A stretch of 64,000 nucleotides of DNA from an uncultured Bacteroidales bacterium (GCA_902762355.1 CACWNR010000009.1:290-64289); one strand, 5' to 3'; positions 8,747-19,998 are shown, numbered from the stretch's first letter. Numbers and translations: made by a program. Notes: a model not told the origin generated them from the letters alone.

Positions 8747-11630
8747 CCGAGTTGAAGATTTTAGCCGGTGAGAGTTTGGTTACCTTGCAACCCATCTTTG
8801 CCTCGATCTCCTTGAGGTTGATTTTCTTCGGATCGCCCATGAGGATGACAGTGACAGGTTTACCCTTGATGTTAGCCTCATAGAACTTCTCGATATCCTC
8901 GAAGGTTAGGTTGTCGATCGCAGCAGCATTGACCTTAGCAGGGTCATCCTTGTAACCGAGACGTTGCCAGTACTCGAAGGTCGAAGCCATACCACGCATG
9001 GACGGTTTAGCCGTTTGTCCGGCCTGCTTGAGAGCAGCCTTGAGGGCTACGAGGTTGGTCGAGTCTTTCGGCATGTCGGTGATGATATCCATGTACGCCT
9101 TGATAGCATCTACGACCTTGTCACTCTGGGTTCCGATGTAGCCGTAGAAATAGCACTCTTTACCCGGGAGTTGCGGTGTAGCATCCACACCGTAAGCGGT
9201 ATATGCCATGGAGCGTTTCTCACGGATCTCATACATGATCAAGCCCGTGAAACCGCCGGACATATACTGGTTGAAAGCGTCAGACTGTACATCCGAAGCG
9301 ATGTCGTACGGACGGCCGTTGATATAGAAATAGATATCAGCCTGCTGTACGTTGCTGTTCGGCAAGAAGAGAACAGTCGGTTTGTCATAGGACTGACGAT
9401 CCTGTACGAACGGCGAGTTCGACGGACGCATACCCTCTGTCAACGGCAGTTCGGGAACGAGTTTGTCCTCGGGCAGTGTACCGCAGTAATATACGTCAAG
9501 CGCATAAGTACGTGCGGAAGCAACGAGTTGCTGCACTTTGATTCCGTCGAGGTTCCAGATGTCGATGAACTTCACCTCATCTAAGTAGGCGGATTTCTTG
9601 CCATAGAGGGCATATTGCAGCAATGCAGACTTCTGCACGGCCGTACGTTTCTGACGACTGAGACGGCTAAAGAACTCGCCACCCTTGAGGTTGTCGAGCT
9701 GTTTCTGCTCAAGGTACGGCATGAGGAGCTGGCGGTTAACCAGATTCATGATCTTATCGAGGTTCTCGTCCTCACCGGATATGGAGATCGTGAAATACGA
9801 ATCGTTGCAACCATAGGAAACAGCACCGCCGAGTTCAGCGATCTGCTGGTCAAAGTCCTTACCTTCCGTAGCGGGGCTACCCATGATACCGGCATCTTCC
9901 ATGAGCGATGTAGCGTACGGAAGGAGCGGCATCTCGTGTGCTCCAACGCCGTAACGCAGGTTGAGCGTGAAGACGTCGTTCTTAGTATTCGGCGTATAAT
10001 GCAGCGTCACGTTCTCAGCAATCGTCGATACCTTCACATCGTTGAAGTTATTGAAGGTCTGCTTGAGTTGCTCGTTCGGCAGTTGTTTGAATGCCTTAGC
10101 ATACTGAGTTTCCTCGTGCGAAGGCTCTACCGGCTTGATATTCGGCTTCGGCAGGGTCTTGGGTTTCGGAGTCTTGGTATCCTCATCGAAGGAGATGGTC
10201 ATATACGGTGCATCGAAATATTTCTTTGCTACACGTACGATCTCTTCTTTGGTAAGCTTCTGGATACGCTCGTTCTCAGTGAAGATATCCTCTGTCGGCT
10301 TGTTGTAAACAAACGAGTACAACAGGCTGTTGATCTTGGACTCGGGGTTCTCTTCCTGTACCTTATAGGACTGCGCATAGAGGCGTTTCACGTTCGCAAT
10401 CATCGCGTCGTCGATCTCACCTCTCTTGATCTTCTCCAGTTCCTTCATGACGATGGCCTTGGTAGCCTTGTCGGACTCGAACTGCTGTTGGTTAGCATCA
10501 TAGTACGGGATAGCCGCTACGATGATACGTCCGGTATTACGACGAGAATCGCTGTAAGCGTACGAAGCGGTCACGTCACCCTTGGTGTTCACTTTATCGA
10601 GCAGACCGATCTGGCCGTTGTAAAGGAGCGCACACACGAAATCGAGTACTTCCTCGTCCGGGTCACCTTCTTTGACACCCTGGTAGATCCATGCCACCTC
10701 TGGGTTATAACCGAGGTTATAGTGCTTGGAGGGGTTGCCAGCGAACGAAACCTCCGGATACGACGGGCGCTCAGGCAGTGCCTTCGGCTGCAAACGACCG
10801 AAAGTCTCAGCAATCATCGGCTTCGTTTTCTCCGTCTCAAAGTCACCCACGATGATGAGCGCCATGTTGTTCGGCACATACCAAGTCTCATAGAACTCAA
10901 TCAGTTTGGACAGACGCGGGTTCTTGAGGTGCTCGGGCAGACCGATCACGTCACGCTCGTACGGCGAACCTTTGTAGATATCCGCCAGCAGTTGTTTCTG
11001 CACTTGAGAAGAAGGATCGTTGGCGTACATATTGTACTCCTCGAACACGTTCTCCAACTCAGCTTGGAACGTACGGAACACCGGATCAATAAGACGATCG
11101 GAGAAGATGGTTAACCAACGGTACATCTCAGCAGCAGGGAAAGAGTTGTGGTAGGCTGTGAGGTCATAGGAGGTGAAGGCATTGACGCCCTCTGCTCCGA
11201 TAAGATCGAGCAGTACAAAGAAGTCCTCGAGCGAAGAGATCTCTGCCTGACGCATAGAAGCCTCGTTGATCTGGGTAGCGAGTTGCTCGCGTACTTTCGG
11301 ATCCGTTGCCTCGCTATACTGGTCGTAGAGCGCAATGATCGAATCGTAGATCGGTTTCTCTTTCTCCCAATCGAGGGCACCGATTTTTTGTGTACCCTTG
11401 AACAACATGTGTTCGAGGTAGTGAGCAAGTCCGGTGTACTCAGCCGGTTCATCCACTGCACCTGCACGGACAGCGATGTAACCGGTTACATCCGGTGCAT
11501 CATGGTCTTCCCACAAGAGCACCGTGAGGCCATTGTCTAACTTGTACTCAGTCAGGCCCTCTCGGGTGAGGGCTGAGCTCATGGCGATGCTGCCTATCAG
11601 CAGCAGAGCGCTAAGTAAAATCTTTTTCAT
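8718..11630 (-). CDS. M16 (insulinase/pitrilysin) family zinc peptidase, secreted
   Basis: Signal peptide, inverted zinc motif HYLEHMLF (HxxEH), 970 aa with a duplicated M16 architecture. Confidence 0.9.
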   Translation of the reverse strand: MKKILLSALLLIGSIAMSSALTREGLTEYKLDNGLTVLLWEDHDAPDVTGYIAVRAGAVDEPAEYTGLAHYLEHMLFKGTQKIGALDWEKEKPIYDSIIALYDQYSEATDPKVREQLATQINEASMRQAEISSLEDFFVLLDLIGAEGVNAFTSYDLTAYHNSFPAAEMYRWLTIFSDRLIDPVFRTFQAELENVFEEYNMYANDPSSQVQKQLLADIYKGSPYERDVIGLPEHLKNPRLSKLIEFYETWYVPNNMALIIVGDFETEKTKPMIAETFGRLQPKALPERPSYPEVSFAGNPSKHYNLGYNPEVAWIYQGVKEGDPDEEVLDFVCALLYNGQIGLLDKVNTKGDVTASYAYSDSRRNTGRIIVAAIPYYDANQQQFESDKATKAIVMKELEKIKRGEIDDAMIANVKRLYAQSYKVQEENPESKINSLLYSFVYNKPTEDIFTENERIQKLTKEEIVRVAKKYFDAPYMTISFDEDTKTPKPKTLPKPNIKPVEPSHEETQYAKAFKQLPNEQLKQTFNNFNDVKVSTIAENVTLHYTPNTKNDVFTLNLRYGVGAHEMPLLPYATSLMEDAGIMGSPATEGKDFDQQIAELGGAVSYGCNDSYFTISISGEDENLDKIMNLVNRQLLMPYLEQKQLDNLKGGEFFSRLSRQKRTAVQKSALLQYALYGKKSAYLDEVKFIDIWNLDGIKVQQLVASARTYALDVYYCGTLPEDKLVPELPLTEGMRPSNSPFVQDRQSYDKPTVLFLPNSNVQQADIYFYINGRPYDIASDVQSDAFNQYMSGGFTGLIMYEIREKRSMAYTAYGVDATPQLPGKECYFYGYIGTQSDKVVDAIKAYMDIITDMPKDSTNLVALKAALKQAGQTAKPSMRGMASTFEYWQRLGYKDDPAKVNAAAIDNLTFEDIEKFYEANIKGKPVTVILMGDPKKINLKEIEAKMGCKVTKLSPAKIFNSVDELYDAIM

Positions 11631-11646
11631 TCTTTTAATTATTTAG

Positions 11647-12672
11647 TTACCATTCCAGTAATACTTTGCCACATTGACCGCTTACCATGACGTCGAAGCC
11701 TTGTTGGAAATCGCGGAAGTTATAGCGGTGGGTGATCACGGGCGAGAGATCGAGTCCACCGAGGAGCATCTGCTCCATCTGATACCAAGTCTCCCACATG
11801 CGACGTCCTGTAATACCTTTGATCGTAAGGGCGTTGAAGATGACATCCGACCAATTCACCTGGGTGTTCGAGGGGAGGATACCAAGTTGGGCGATGTTGG
11901 CTCCCTTGTACATATGCTCGATCATGTCGTTGAAGGCCGCGGGGGCACCGGACATCTCGAGTCCCACATCGAAACCACGAATACCGAGTTGGAACATAGC
12001 ATCTTCTATCGTTTCTCCTTTGGATCCATCGACAGTGAGGGTTGCACCCATTTTCTTGGCAATCTCCAATCGGAGAGGATTGATGTCAGTTACCACAATA
12101 TTTTTCGCGCCTGCATAACGGCATATACCTGCTGCCATCGTACCGATGAGACCTGCGCCGGTGATGAGGACATCTTCGCCCAGAAGCGGAAAAGCCAGGG
12201 CGGTATGGGTCGCGTTGCCGAAGGGATCCATAATAGCCGCAAAGTCATCGGGAATCTGCGGGTGTACGCGTACCACATTCGATTCGGGTACAGAGACATA
12301 TTCAGCAAAACAGCCGTCACGTCCCATGATACCGAGTGAGATCGTGTTCTCACACACATGCCCCATGCCGCGTCGGCAGTTACGACAATGTCCACAGACG
12401 ATATGTCCTTCGGCCGTAACGCGGTCGCCGATCTTGAAGTTCCGCACACCGGGGCCACAGTCAGCTACAATACCCACGAACTCATGTCCCATGGTGTAAG
12501 GCGGTTTGCAGTGCGCTTGAGACCACTCGTCCCATTTGTACATGTGCAAATCGGTACCGCAGATAGCGGCTTTCGTGACCTTGATGATCACGTCGTTCAC
12601 TCCCATCTCCGGCGTTGGGACATCTTCCATCCAGATACCCGGTTCGGCATATTTTTTAACTAATGCTTTCAT
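11647..12672 (-). CDS. tdh: L-threonine 3-dehydrogenase
   Basis: Near-colinear with E. coli Tdh (ICGTDLHMYKWDEWSQ.., GHIVCGHCRNCRRG). Confidence 0.93.
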   Translation of the reverse strand: MKALVKKYAEPGIWMEDVPTPEMGVNDVIIKVTKAAICGTDLHMYKWDEWSQAHCKPPYTMGHEFVGIVADCGPGVRNFKIGDRVTAEGHIVCGHCRNCRRGMGHVCENTISLGIMGRDGCFAEYVSVPESNVVRVHPQIPDDFAAIMDPFGNATHTALAFPLLGEDVLITGAGLIGTMAAGICRYAGAKNIVVTDINPLRLEIAKKMGATLTVDGSKGETIEDAMFQLGIRGFDVGLEMSGAPAAFNDMIEHMYKGANIAQLGILPSNTQVNWSDVIFNALTIKGITGRRMWETWYQMEQMLLGGLDLSPVITHRYNFRDFQQGFDVMVSGQCGKVLLEW

Positions 12673-12676
12673 AATG

Positions 12677-13867
12677 TTACTTTAATACAGCAAGTTTCGT
12701 GCCAATCTTCGTGAAGGCCGCGATACATTTGTCGAGTTGTTCGCGTGTGTGGGCTGCAGAAACCTGCACGCGGATACGTGCTTGGCCTTTCGGCACAACC
12801 GGATAATAGAAGCCCGTAACGTAGATGCCCTCTTTCTGCAGTTCGGCCGCAAACACCTGACTGAGTTTGGCGTCATAGAGCATCACGGCGCAGATAGCGG
12901 ACTGTGTGGGTTTGATATCGAAACCAGCCGCTTTCATCTTCTCTACGAAATACGCCGTGTTGGCATGGAGCCGATCCTGCAGTTCGTTGGAACGCGTGAG
13001 GATCTCGAAAGTCTTGATACCTGCCGCTGCAATCATCGGCGGGATCGAGTTCGAGAACAGATACGGACGCGAGCGCTGACGAAGGAGGTCGATGATCTCC
13101 TTGCGACCCGTAGTGAAACCGCCTACCGAGCCGCCAAACGCTTTGCCTAGCGTACCGGTAATAATCTCAATCTTACCGCGCATATCATACAGTTCTGTCA
13201 CACCATGTCCGGTCTTACCAACTACACCTGCGGAGTGCGACTCATCCACCATAACGAGTGCGTTGTACTTCTGCGCCAGTTCGTAGATCTTATCAAGCGG
13301 ACACACATTGCCGTCCATCGAGAAGACACCGTCGGTGGCGATGATACGGAAACGCTGTGCTTGCGCCTTTTTGAGTTGTTCCTCGAGGTCTGCCATATCG
13401 CCGTTCGCGTAGCGGTAACGCACAGCCTTGCAGAGGCGTACGCCATCGATGATCGATGCGTGGTTAAGGGCATCAGAGATAATGGCATCCTCTTCGGTCA
13501 ACAGCGGTTCAAACAAACCACCGTTCGCATCGAAGCATGCCGCATAGAGGATGGTATCTTCGGTACCGAAGAAGTCCGAAATAACACGCTCGAGCTCTTT
13601 GTGGGTATCCTGCGTTCCGCATATAAAACGTACGGAAGCCATGCCGTAACCACGCGCGTCCATGCGGGCTTTAGCAGCCTCGATGAGTTCCTTGTTATCG
13701 GCCAAGCCGAGGTAGTTGTTCGCACAGAAGTTGATCACTTCTTGCCCACCCTCTACGGCAATACCGGATGACTGCGGCGTGATAATCACGCGCTCGTTCT
13801 TATATAAACCTGCCTCCTTGATCTCATTCAAGGTCGATTGCAGATGTTTTTGAAAATCCTGATACAT
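12677..13867 (-). CDS. kbl: glycine C-acetyltransferase (2-amino-3-ketobutyrate CoA ligase)
   Basis: PLP aminotransferase class II, NFCANNYLGL.., adjacent to tdh. The ATG at 13867 is preferred over the TTG at 13876. Confidence 0.93.
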   Translation of the reverse strand: MYQDFQKHLQSTLNEIKEAGLYKNERVIITPQSSGIAVEGGQEVINFCANNYLGLADNKELIEAAKARMDARGYGMASVRFICGTQDTHKELERVISDFFGTEDTILYAACFDANGGLFEPLLTEEDAIISDALNHASIIDGVRLCKAVRYRYANGDMADLEEQLKKAQAQRFRIIATDGVFSMDGNVCPLDKIYELAQKYNALVMVDESHSAGVVGKTGHGVTELYDMRGKIEIITGTLGKAFGGSVGGFTTGRKEIIDLLRQRSRPYLFSNSIPPMIAAAGIKTFEILTRSNELQDRLHANTAYFVEKMKAAGFDIKPTQSAICAVMLYDAKLSQVFAAELQKEGIYVTGFYYPVVPKGQARIRVQVSAAHTREQLDKCIAAFTKIGTKLAVLK

Positions 13868-13871
13868 AATT

Positions 13872-13893
13872 ATCAATCATCAATCAAATGATC
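13872..13893. repeat. tandem array, 7-mer ATCAATC x2-3
   Basis: atcaatc atcaatc aaatgatc immediately upstream of the kbl ATG. Confidence 0.5.
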
Positions 13894-13928
13894 CCCTGCT
13901 CCAGTAATAAATTACCTTGAACAGGCTA

Positions 13929-15272
13929 TTAAATAATACCCTGTTCGAGCATTGCTGTTGCAACCTTCATAAATCCCGCTATATTAGCGCCTTTGACATA
14001 GTCAATGTGTCCATCGGCTTGGCGTCCGAACTTGACGCACTGCTCGTGGATGGACTCCATGATATGATGCAAGCGAGCATCTACCTCTTCGGCTTTCCAA
14101 CTGAGGTGCTCAGCATTCTGGGTCATCTCAAGACCGGAGGTAGCTACACCACCTGCGTTAACTGCCTTACCCGGCGCAAAGAGCACGCCGTTATTCTGGA
14201 AGAAATGGATAGCGCCCGGTTGGCATCCCATGTTCGATACCTCGCAGCAGCACCAGCAACCGTTTGCTTTGAGTTGCTTTGCATCGTCTTCGGAGAGTTC
14301 GTTCTGGAAGGCACACGGCAGGGCGATGTCGCACGGGATCGACCACGCTTTCTTGTCAGCCGTGAAAATGCACTCTTTCGGGAACTTATCCGCCATGTCT
14401 TGCACTTTATTGCGGTTGGAAGCACGCATAACGAGCATGTAGTCGATCATCTCTTTGGTGATACCGTTCTTGATGGCTACGACACCGTCCGGCCCACTGA
14501 TTGCAACCACTTTGGCACCGAGTTCAACAGCTTTCGTTGCCGCACCCCATGCTACGTTTCCGAAACCTGAGATAGCTACGGTCTTACCTTTGATATCCTT
14601 GCCGGCCTCGTGGAGGAGGTGTTGCGTGAAATAGAGGGCACCGAAGCCGGTAGCTTCAGGACGCAAGATGGAACCACCCCAAGTCATGCCTTTTCCGGTA
14701 AGCACACCGGTGTGGTACTCGCGCGCGAGTTTCTGGTACATACCATTGAGAAAACCTATCTCGCGGCCGCCTACGCCTACGTCACCTGCCGGGATATCCT
14801 GATCGGGGCCGATGCAGCGCCAGAGCTCGAGCATAAAGGCTTGACAGAAACGCATTATCTCGGCATCGGATTTACCAACCGGGTCAAAGTCCGAACCTCC
14901 TTTCGCACCACCCATCGGCAGGGTTGTCAGTGCATTTTTGAAAGTCTGCTCGAAGCCCAAGAACTTGAGCATGGACGGCGTCACGGCACGGTGGAAACGC
15001 AAACCGCCTTTGTACGGGCCGATAGCGCTATTGAACTGAACGCGGTAACCGAGGTTCGTTTGCACCTCACCCTGGTCATCGATCCACGTCACACGGAACG
15101 TGAAGATACGGTCGGGCTCTACCATCCGCTCCACGATCTTAGCTGCCTCAAACTCGGGGTGCTGATTGTACACCTCTTCAATCGACTCCAATACTTCTTG
15201 AACCGCCTGCAGGTACTCTGCTTCCCCCGGGTGCTTTGCAGCTAACTGCTGCATAATTGTTTGTACTTTCAT
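13929..15272 (-). CDS. gdhA: NADP-specific glutamate dehydrogenase
   Basis: 447 aa, GGAKGGSDFDP and GFGNVAWGAA motifs. Confidence 0.95.
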   Translation of the reverse strand: MKVQTIMQQLAAKHPGEAEYLQAVQEVLESIEEVYNQHPEFEAAKIVERMVEPDRIFTFRVTWIDDQGEVQTNLGYRVQFNSAIGPYKGGLRFHRAVTPSMLKFLGFEQTFKNALTTLPMGGAKGGSDFDPVGKSDAEIMRFCQAFMLELWRCIGPDQDIPAGDVGVGGREIGFLNGMYQKLAREYHTGVLTGKGMTWGGSILRPEATGFGALYFTQHLLHEAGKDIKGKTVAISGFGNVAWGAATKAVELGAKVVAISGPDGVVAIKNGITKEMIDYMLVMRASNRNKVQDMADKFPKECIFTADKKAWSIPCDIALPCAFQNELSEDDAKQLKANGCWCCCEVSNMGCQPGAIHFFQNNGVLFAPGKAVNAGGVATSGLEMTQNAEHLSWKAEEVDARLHHIMESIHEQCVKFGRQADGHIDYVKGANIAGFMKVATAMLEQGII

Positions 15273-15314
15273 TGTTTTATGTGTTTTTCTGGTTGTTTAA
15301 TTCAATTTTGCTCG

Positions 15315-15322
15315 CAAAATTA
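15315..15322 (-). promoter_or_regulatory. -7 box TAATTTTG for gdhA
   Basis: Minus-strand GTAATTTTGCGAGC about 45 nt upstream of the gdhA ATG. Confidence 0.5.
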
Positions 15323-15384
15323 CAAAAAAAAAATGACATACACAATAGTGTATGCCACTTTTCGTAATTTTTTCTCATTTTTTC

Positions 15385-17856
15385 TTAGTTTGCGCCCCCT
15401 ACTCCGCCGCCTCCACCGAGACGGTTGAGTTCGTCCATATCACCTACTTTACGGTGCTTATGCTGCTGATACTGACCGAACATCCAGGTGAGTGACAACA
15501 TCACCCGTTGCTGACGAACGGTATTCTTGTACCAACTGTGATAGCCGGCTCCTTGACTCATATCTTCGGTGCTGAAGGACAGCGAACGCGCGAGATCCTG
15601 GATATTGAGATTGAAGATCAAGCCCTTTGCCATGTACATCTTCCGTACACCGAAACTGAGGAAATACGTACTTCCCTGCTTGTTATAACCGGTCGTCATC
15701 GGCGATGACCAGTTACCGTCGAAGGTGAGCGTCCAGTCTTTGGGCAGGTAGGCAGAGAGTGTTCCGCCGGCATAGCCGTAATGACTGCGGTTCTCATAGA
15801 CAGGTTTGCCATCCGCTTGTTTCTCGTAGGATTTATTGATAAAATGCAGCCAACCGGCATTGACCGTAAGAGCAAGCCAAGCACCGTTCACTTTGTGTTC
15901 GTCATCGAACTTGGGCACGAGCGGCAGTTCGGTAAGCGATATATTACCACCATGGGTGGTGCAGGTACCGAAATTGATCCATTTTGAGTAGCCCATACCA
16001 TCGGGCATGATCGTCATCTTCGATGAGAACATATCCTGGGTGTGTGCGAAATTGAAGGTCATATTCAGGTACTGAGTCCACGAGAAATGCACCTCTACAT
16101 CGTTATTGAACTCAGGCTTCAGGTCTGTATTACCCATTTGGACAGAATAGGCATCGACATAACTCTTGAACGGATTCAACATCCAGTAGTTCGGTCGCTT
16201 GATACGGCGCGTGTAACTGGCGCTGACAGCAATCGGTTGTTGCAGTTTGCCCAGCGGTTTGCTTGTGTAGCCGACATAGACCGTCGGGAAGGGATCAAAA
16301 TAGGACTTATTGGTGATCGAGTCCGCCGATTTCCAATTTCCGTGGCTGTAGGTATATTCGCCACGCAGACCGAGCTTGACCGACCAATGTTCGCCAAACT
16401 GTTTTCCGACGGATATATACGCGGCTGCGACATGCTCATCGTAGATGAAGTCCGAAGGTGTGGTCGGAATGCGAACTCCGTCTATGATCGAATCCGTGGT
16501 CATATTGTTGTTCGTGGTCGAAAGACCGTACTTGACGCCGCACTCAATCATACCGGTATTCCAGAACTTGGTCTGAAAATCCAGTTTGGCACTGTAGATA
16601 TCCACGATCTGACGGCTATTGATATCGAGTCCGAGCGATTGGTAACCGTAGCCGGCAAGCGGCTTGCTATAATCCGTCTTCTGGTAATTGGTCGCGCCGT
16701 TATTATAGCGGTTATAGTCCACGTTCACCGTGATCTCGCGTTCCAGCGCCTCGTTGAACGTGTGCGTAAAGTTGAGGTTCGCTGTGTGTTGCGGTGCTTT
16801 CAGACGATTGCTCGAATTCGTGATACTGGTCGTCGTATCGGCAAGCATCTTATCAATCGTGTAAGCAGCGTTATCATCGGGAACGATACTCTGATTCACA
16901 TTCATGTACGGCACTTGCAGAATAAAACCGAGCGTGTTCACCGAGTCAATATACCAGTCGTTACCCACTTTGAGCATGTAATACTGGAATCTCACATCGT
17001 AATGCGAGTACGAATAGTTCTTGAGTAGCGGTGTCTCGCGGTAACTCTCAAAATCGATATCATTCTCGGCATAGACCTGCGTGAACTGGCCAAAAGTATA
17101 GGTTTTCTCGCCACGGTAGTTGAGCATGAGCGAGAACATCTCCTGACTCAGCCAGCGCTTGACATCGCTGAAATACATGCCACCATAACCGGCAGAAAGC
17201 ATTCCGTTGAGGCCTTTCATCATATTGCGTTTGGTCTTGATATTAATGATACCCCCTTGACCGCTTGCATCATATTTGGCTGAAGGATTGGAGATGATCT
17301 CGATCTTCTCGATCGTGTTGCCATCCGTTCCGTCAAGCATGGCTTTGAGTTGTTGTCCGCTGAGGTAGGAAGGCTTGCCATCGACATATATCTCCACAGA
17401 CTTACCGTTGACGGTGATGTTTCCGTCTTTATCAATACGAACACCCGGTGCACGGCGCAAGATATCGTTTCCGTTACTTCCTGCTGCCAGAGGCGATGCA
17501 CTCACATTGACCACCAGTTTGTCCATCTGGCGTTCAATAAGCGGTTTCTTAGCCTTCACTTCGACTTCCTCGAGCCGTTCAGTCTCTTCGCGGAGCACGA
17601 AGTTCGGTCCGCCAAACGCGGTATGATAACCTACGTACGATGCCTGAATGATATAGTTCGGCACGTTCACTTCGAGGGCATATTTACCATCATCATCGGT
17701 GATAGCACCGGTGAGCAAAGTCGAGTCTTGCGTCAGCACGGAGATGGTAACAAACGGCATAGGTTCGCCCTTGGTATCCTTGACATTACCACTGATTGTC
17801 TCGGCCGAAATAACCACCGAAATCATCATTAAGAATCCGAAAATAATCTTTCTCAT
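15385..17856 (-). CDS. TonB-dependent-receptor-like outer membrane beta-barrel protein with carboxypeptidase-regulatory-like N-domain
   Basis: Signal peptide, TISGNVKDTKGEPMPFVTISVL (CarbopepD_reg-like), plug-like region, long beta-barrel. Confidence 0.8.
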   Translation of the reverse strand: MRKIIFGFLMMISVVISAETISGNVKDTKGEPMPFVTISVLTQDSTLLTGAITDDDGKYALEVNVPNYIIQASYVGYHTAFGGPNFVLREETERLEEVEVKAKKPLIERQMDKLVVNVSASPLAAGSNGNDILRRAPGVRIDKDGNITVNGKSVEIYVDGKPSYLSGQQLKAMLDGTDGNTIEKIEIISNPSAKYDASGQGGIINIKTKRNMMKGLNGMLSAGYGGMYFSDVKRWLSQEMFSLMLNYRGEKTYTFGQFTQVYAENDIDFESYRETPLLKNYSYSHYDVRFQYYMLKVGNDWYIDSVNTLGFILQVPYMNVNQSIVPDDNAAYTIDKMLADTTTSITNSSNRLKAPQHTANLNFTHTFNEALEREITVNVDYNRYNNGATNYQKTDYSKPLAGYGYQSLGLDINSRQIVDIYSAKLDFQTKFWNTGMIECGVKYGLSTTNNNMTTDSIIDGVRIPTTPSDFIYDEHVAAAYISVGKQFGEHWSVKLGLRGEYTYSHGNWKSADSITNKSYFDPFPTVYVGYTSKPLGKLQQPIAVSASYTRRIKRPNYWMLNPFKSYVDAYSVQMGNTDLKPEFNNDVEVHFSWTQYLNMTFNFAHTQDMFSSKMTIMPDGMGYSKWINFGTCTTHGGNISLTELPLVPKFDDEHKVNGAWLALTVNAGWLHFINKSYEKQADGKPVYENRSHYGYAGGTLSAYLPKDWTLTFDGNWSSPMTTGYNKQGSTYFLSFGVRKMYMAKGLIFNLNIQDLARSLSFSTEDMSQGAGYHSWYKNTVRQQRVMLSLTWMFGQYQQHKHRKVGDMDELNRLGGGGGVGGAN

Positions 17857-17929
17857 TACGTGTCAGTTTTAAAATCCGGTGCTATATAAGGTCGCAGTGA
17901 CGGTGTGGGTTGTATAATTTGGAAGAACA

Positions 17930-19912
17930 TTACTTCTTTCTCAAATAAATGTAAAACGTCGTGCCCTTAGGAGATGTTTCGAACTCTATTCGTCCACCTG
18001 ATCCTTCGACGATATGCTTCGAGATGGCGAGTCCGAGACCGTTGCCATTGGACTTCGTGGTGAAGTTCGGTTGGAAGATTCGGGCTTGAATGTCTTCCGG
18101 TATGCCTGCGCCATCGTCGGAGATAGAAATTTGCACTTCTCGTTCTGAATAGGCAGCGTTCAGCACGACGATGATATCCGTCGGCGAAGCCTGAAGGGCA
18201 TTTTTAATGATATTGACGAACACTTGTGAAATCTGCTCTTTGTCTGCCCGTACGATGACACCCGAATCAGCACCGACATAGCGAACCGGAATCTGCTCAT
18301 CGTTCTCACGCTGCAGGGTAATGACATTCGACAGTTTCTCCGCTACATCCACTTCGGTCGTCACCACTTCGGGCTGCTTGGCAAAGGCAGAGAAGGACTG
18401 CGCTATATGCGCGAGGTTGTCAATTTCCGCCACAAGCATCTTGGTGGTCTTGTCGAAATACTCGTCGAAACTATCCGTACCACGCTTGAGTTGAAGCTTT
18501 TGAACCGACAGTTTCATCGGCGTGAGCGGATTGTTGATCTCGTGGGCTATCTGCCGCGCCATCGTCCGCCATGCGCCTTCGCGTTCCGAGTTCGCCAACT
18601 GTTCCGCACTCTCCTCTACCCGATCGACCAGCATATTATACCGCTCCACAAGTGCACCGAGTTCATCGTGATACGGATAGTCGATATGATTGTCGTTGGC
18701 TCCCATCTTAAACCGGCGCATTTTATCGGTAAGCATAGATATCGGCGATGTCATCGATTTGGCAGCCATAAAGGCAAAGAACAGCGCCAATAAGAGCACG
18801 ATGATATACGGCGGTAACAGGCGTGCTAACAAGGCATCCACCTCTTCATTCCGTTTCTGTTCGCTCAAGAAAGAAGGTACAGCGATGTAACCGATTGTGA
18901 CGAACGAACCGTTATGGAAGGGAATATACGATACCAAGTACGGATGGGAGGCTATCTGCTCGTAACAAACCACCGAATGTGCCTCTGTATAGAGGGCTTC
19001 CGGCGCCATGCGACGTGAGAGCACACCGTTATTGAAGAGTGCCGGCGAAGAAGAGGCTATCAGCTCGCCGTTCAGGCCGTACACGTGGATATCCTGATTC
19101 ATATCGTAGCCCAAATCATGCAGATCGACAGCCAAGCCCTGCGACTGCGATGAGGTGAGCGACACGTCCCAGTAATAGAGCGAACGCAAGTACGACTGAA
19201 TATACTCCGATCGCATCTGCAGATCGTGCCGCTGATGCTGTTCATAGTTCCGCTTCACGTACTCGATCGACATGAAAAAGACATAGATGAACACCGCCAA
19301 AACGGGCGTCAGAATGATATACATGATACGCGTGGAGAGGCGCATGTTCCGAATACCGCGATTGCGTATCAAACCGATAATACCGATGAGTATCACCAAA
19401 ATAAAGAGCGCGTGACAGAGGAAGAACGACAAGCGCGAACGGGCATAAGGTTGTTGGTCGTACGTCAACATCTCGCGAAACGAGAAGGTCTGCGAAGCGA
19501 TCGTATTGATGTCCGTAAAGTCCTCTAATTCCGTGTATTGCGTAGGAATAACCGTCAACACATTATACATCCCCGATTTCGTCCAACGCACCAATCCCTT
19601 GGCATTGCGGAAGGTCTGCTCACGCCACGTGTCGTACGAAAACAGATAGATATCGTCCGATGCCAAACGATTCGATGACCAATAGACCATCTGCTGGGCG
19701 TCGAAGACATAAAACAGGGTGTTCTTGCCTTCCGCGATCGCACGTATACTATCCAAGGATGCGTTATGCAGCAGCGCCTCGCACAAGACTGCAGTCTGCT
19801 GCTCTGCCTCTTGTTGCCGCTCCGCCAGCGACGCGCCGCGACATGCAGAGAGCAAGACTACCAATGCTAAAAACAATATGTTCCTAAACCATTTCGTCAT
19901 TTGCGACTGCAA
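17930..19912 (-). CDS. membrane sensor histidine kinase (NtrY-like)
   Basis: H-box AHEINNPLTPMKLS, HATPase N/G boxes (NGNGLGLAISKHIV), two TM regions. No response regulator is adjacent. Confidence 0.85.
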   Translation of the reverse strand: MQSQMTKWFRNILFLALVVLLSACRGASLAERQQEAEQQTAVLCEALLHNASLDSIRAIAEGKNTLFYVFDAQQMVYWSSNRLASDDIYLFSYDTWREQTFRNAKGLVRWTKSGMYNVLTVIPTQYTELEDFTDINTIASQTFSFREMLTYDQQPYARSRLSFFLCHALFILVILIGIIGLIRNRGIRNMRLSTRIMYIILTPVLAVFIYVFFMSIEYVKRNYEQHQRHDLQMRSEYIQSYLRSLYYWDVSLTSSQSQGLAVDLHDLGYDMNQDIHVYGLNGELIASSSPALFNNGVLSRRMAPEALYTEAHSVVCYEQIASHPYLVSYIPFHNGSFVTIGYIAVPSFLSEQKRNEEVDALLARLLPPYIIVLLLALFFAFMAAKSMTSPISMLTDKMRRFKMGANDNHIDYPYHDELGALVERYNMLVDRVEESAEQLANSEREGAWRTMARQIAHEINNPLTPMKLSVQKLQLKRGTDSFDEYFDKTTKMLVAEIDNLAHIAQSFSAFAKQPEVVTTEVDVAEKLSNVITLQRENDEQIPVRYVGADSGVIVRADKEQISQVFVNIIKNALQASPTDIIVVLNAAYSEREVQISISDDGAGIPEDIQARIFQPNFTTKSNGNGLGLAISKHIVEGSGGRIEFETSPKGTTFYIYLRKK

Positions 19913-19990
19913 AATTAGCTAAAATTTTCTAAATACACAAGTATTACGATTAAATTTTAACAAATTTTTTGACATATGCAAAAATTTTCG

Positions 19991-19998
19991 TATCTTTG
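19991..19998 (+). promoter_or_regulatory. -7 box TATCTTTG
   Basis: TATCTTTGCAGCC about 30 nt upstream of the ATG at 20027. Confidence 0.5.

Noticed and set aside
9615-11114. 499-aa plus-strand ORF opposite the M16 peptidase gene
   Set aside because: Shadow ORF. The minus strand carries the HxxEH peptidase with a signal peptide.
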